DNA from: Gemmatimonadota bacterium
Lineage (GTDB): Bacteria; Gemmatimonadota; Gemmatimonadetes; Longimicrobiales; Gaopeijiaceae
Reading direction: 5' to 3'
Length of the DNA: 39,336 nucleotides
Assembly (NCBI GenBank): GCA_039589315.1
Contig: JBDHHQ010000037.1
Coordinates: forward strand, 1 to 39,336
Below are positions 38,770-39,336 of this stretch, piece after piece (the stretch's first letter is position 1; each line of letters starts with the position of its first letter). The notes under the pieces were generated by a model. It saw nothing but the letters and a program-made list of their open reading frames with translations, searched no databases and had not been told where the DNA came from. The position numbers were made by a program, and so were the translations under genes.

Positions 38770-39192
38770 CTAGCCCTGGGGACCCCGACCTGCCGCCTTC
38801 TCCTCCGCCGCCACCGCCTTGAGCGCCTCCAGGTGCATCTGCTGCACCGTCGGCACTGCCTTCGGCCCGCCCTGCTCGAGGGCGGCCACCAGAAACTTCC
38901 GCACGCCGACCTGCAGCCGTGCCTTCGCGACCGCAGGCTTCACCGGACCCGCACCGTCCGCGATGGCCAGCGCCTCGTCCGCGAGCTTCTCAGTGCGAGC
39001 CTGCTTGGCGTCCTCGAGCTGCCGCTGTCGTTCCGGATCCTGCTTGATCCAGCTCCACAGCATCGTGCGGCTGATGCCGACCTGTCGGCTGAACTCTACC
39101 TGCGAGATCTCGGACAGGATCGCGAAGATCTGGTGCTCGCCGAGCTGGTCTAGCATGGCGAAGACGGATCGGCGCTTTGGTCTTCCGGCCAT
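38770..39192 (-). CDS. Phage terminase small subunit-like protein (Sf6 gp1-like)
   Basis: N-terminal HTH-like 'GISRTMLWSWI..DPE', followed by 'AKQARTEKLADEALAIAD' and 'VAKARLQVGVRKF'; AGGTGA RBS. Confidence 0.7.
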   Translation of the reverse strand: MAGRPKRRSVFAMLDQLGEHQIFAILSEISQVEFSRQVGISRTMLWSWIKQDPERQRQLEDAKQARTEKLADEALAIADGAGPVKPAVAKARLQVGVRKFLVAALEQGGPKAVPTVQQMHLEALKAVAAEEKAAGRGPQG

Positions 39193-39195
39193 TGG

Positions 39196-39336
39196 TCACC
39201 TGCCTGTTGGGGGGCTCGTGAATGATACCCCGCAGAGCCGGATGTCTCCCTTACCCATCAGCTCTTCCGCCTCGCGGCGAGCTTCCACGATGGCGTGTGG
39301 GCGCGGGTGTGGGCATGGCTGGATCGCACAGCTTCG
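39196..39336 (-). CDS. 3' end of an unknown gene upstream of terS (truncated by the window)
   Basis: Frame is open from the window edge (..HAIVEARREAEELMGKGDIRLCGVSFTSPPTGR*) and stops 3 nt before the terS-like ATG. Confidence 0.4.
   Translation of the reverse strand, partial: RSCAIQPCPHPRPHAIVEARREAEELMGKGDIRLCGVSFTSPPTGR

Larger units (their letters stand above)
34783..39336. mobile_element. Left part of a composite genomic island / integrated element
   Basis: Housekeeping genes end at the att-like junction. The sequence is visibly more A/T-containing and holds cassettes and a terS-like gene. Confidence 0.6.

Overview
High-GC bacterial chromosomal segment; gene content and order suggest Gemmatimonadota, which is an inference and was not tested. 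Positions 1-34765 are mostly core genes: an envelope-stress-like membrane trio, a NifU-like/ApbC Fe-S carrier locus, P5C dehydrogenase, two GT9 heptosyltransferases, penicillin acylase, a Cys/Met PLP lyase, a lepA-waaF-ROK-PfkB-(STAS+HATPase)-(STAS+wHTH) string, a secreted DUF4384 protein, DUF58/BatA, and mfd-PPIase-surA-pdxA-ftsEX-envC-holB-moaC. Just after moaC an accessory region begins at an att-like junction: an orphan tRNA 3' fragment, a long hairpin and 8-bp direct repeats. It carries a lipoprotein flavoenzyme with three C-terminal CXXCH heme motifs, two integron-type gene cassettes with long, related attC-like sites and no integrase in view, and a phage terminase-small-subunit-like gene next to the truncated second attC. 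Family assignments come from motifs read by eye; no searches were run.
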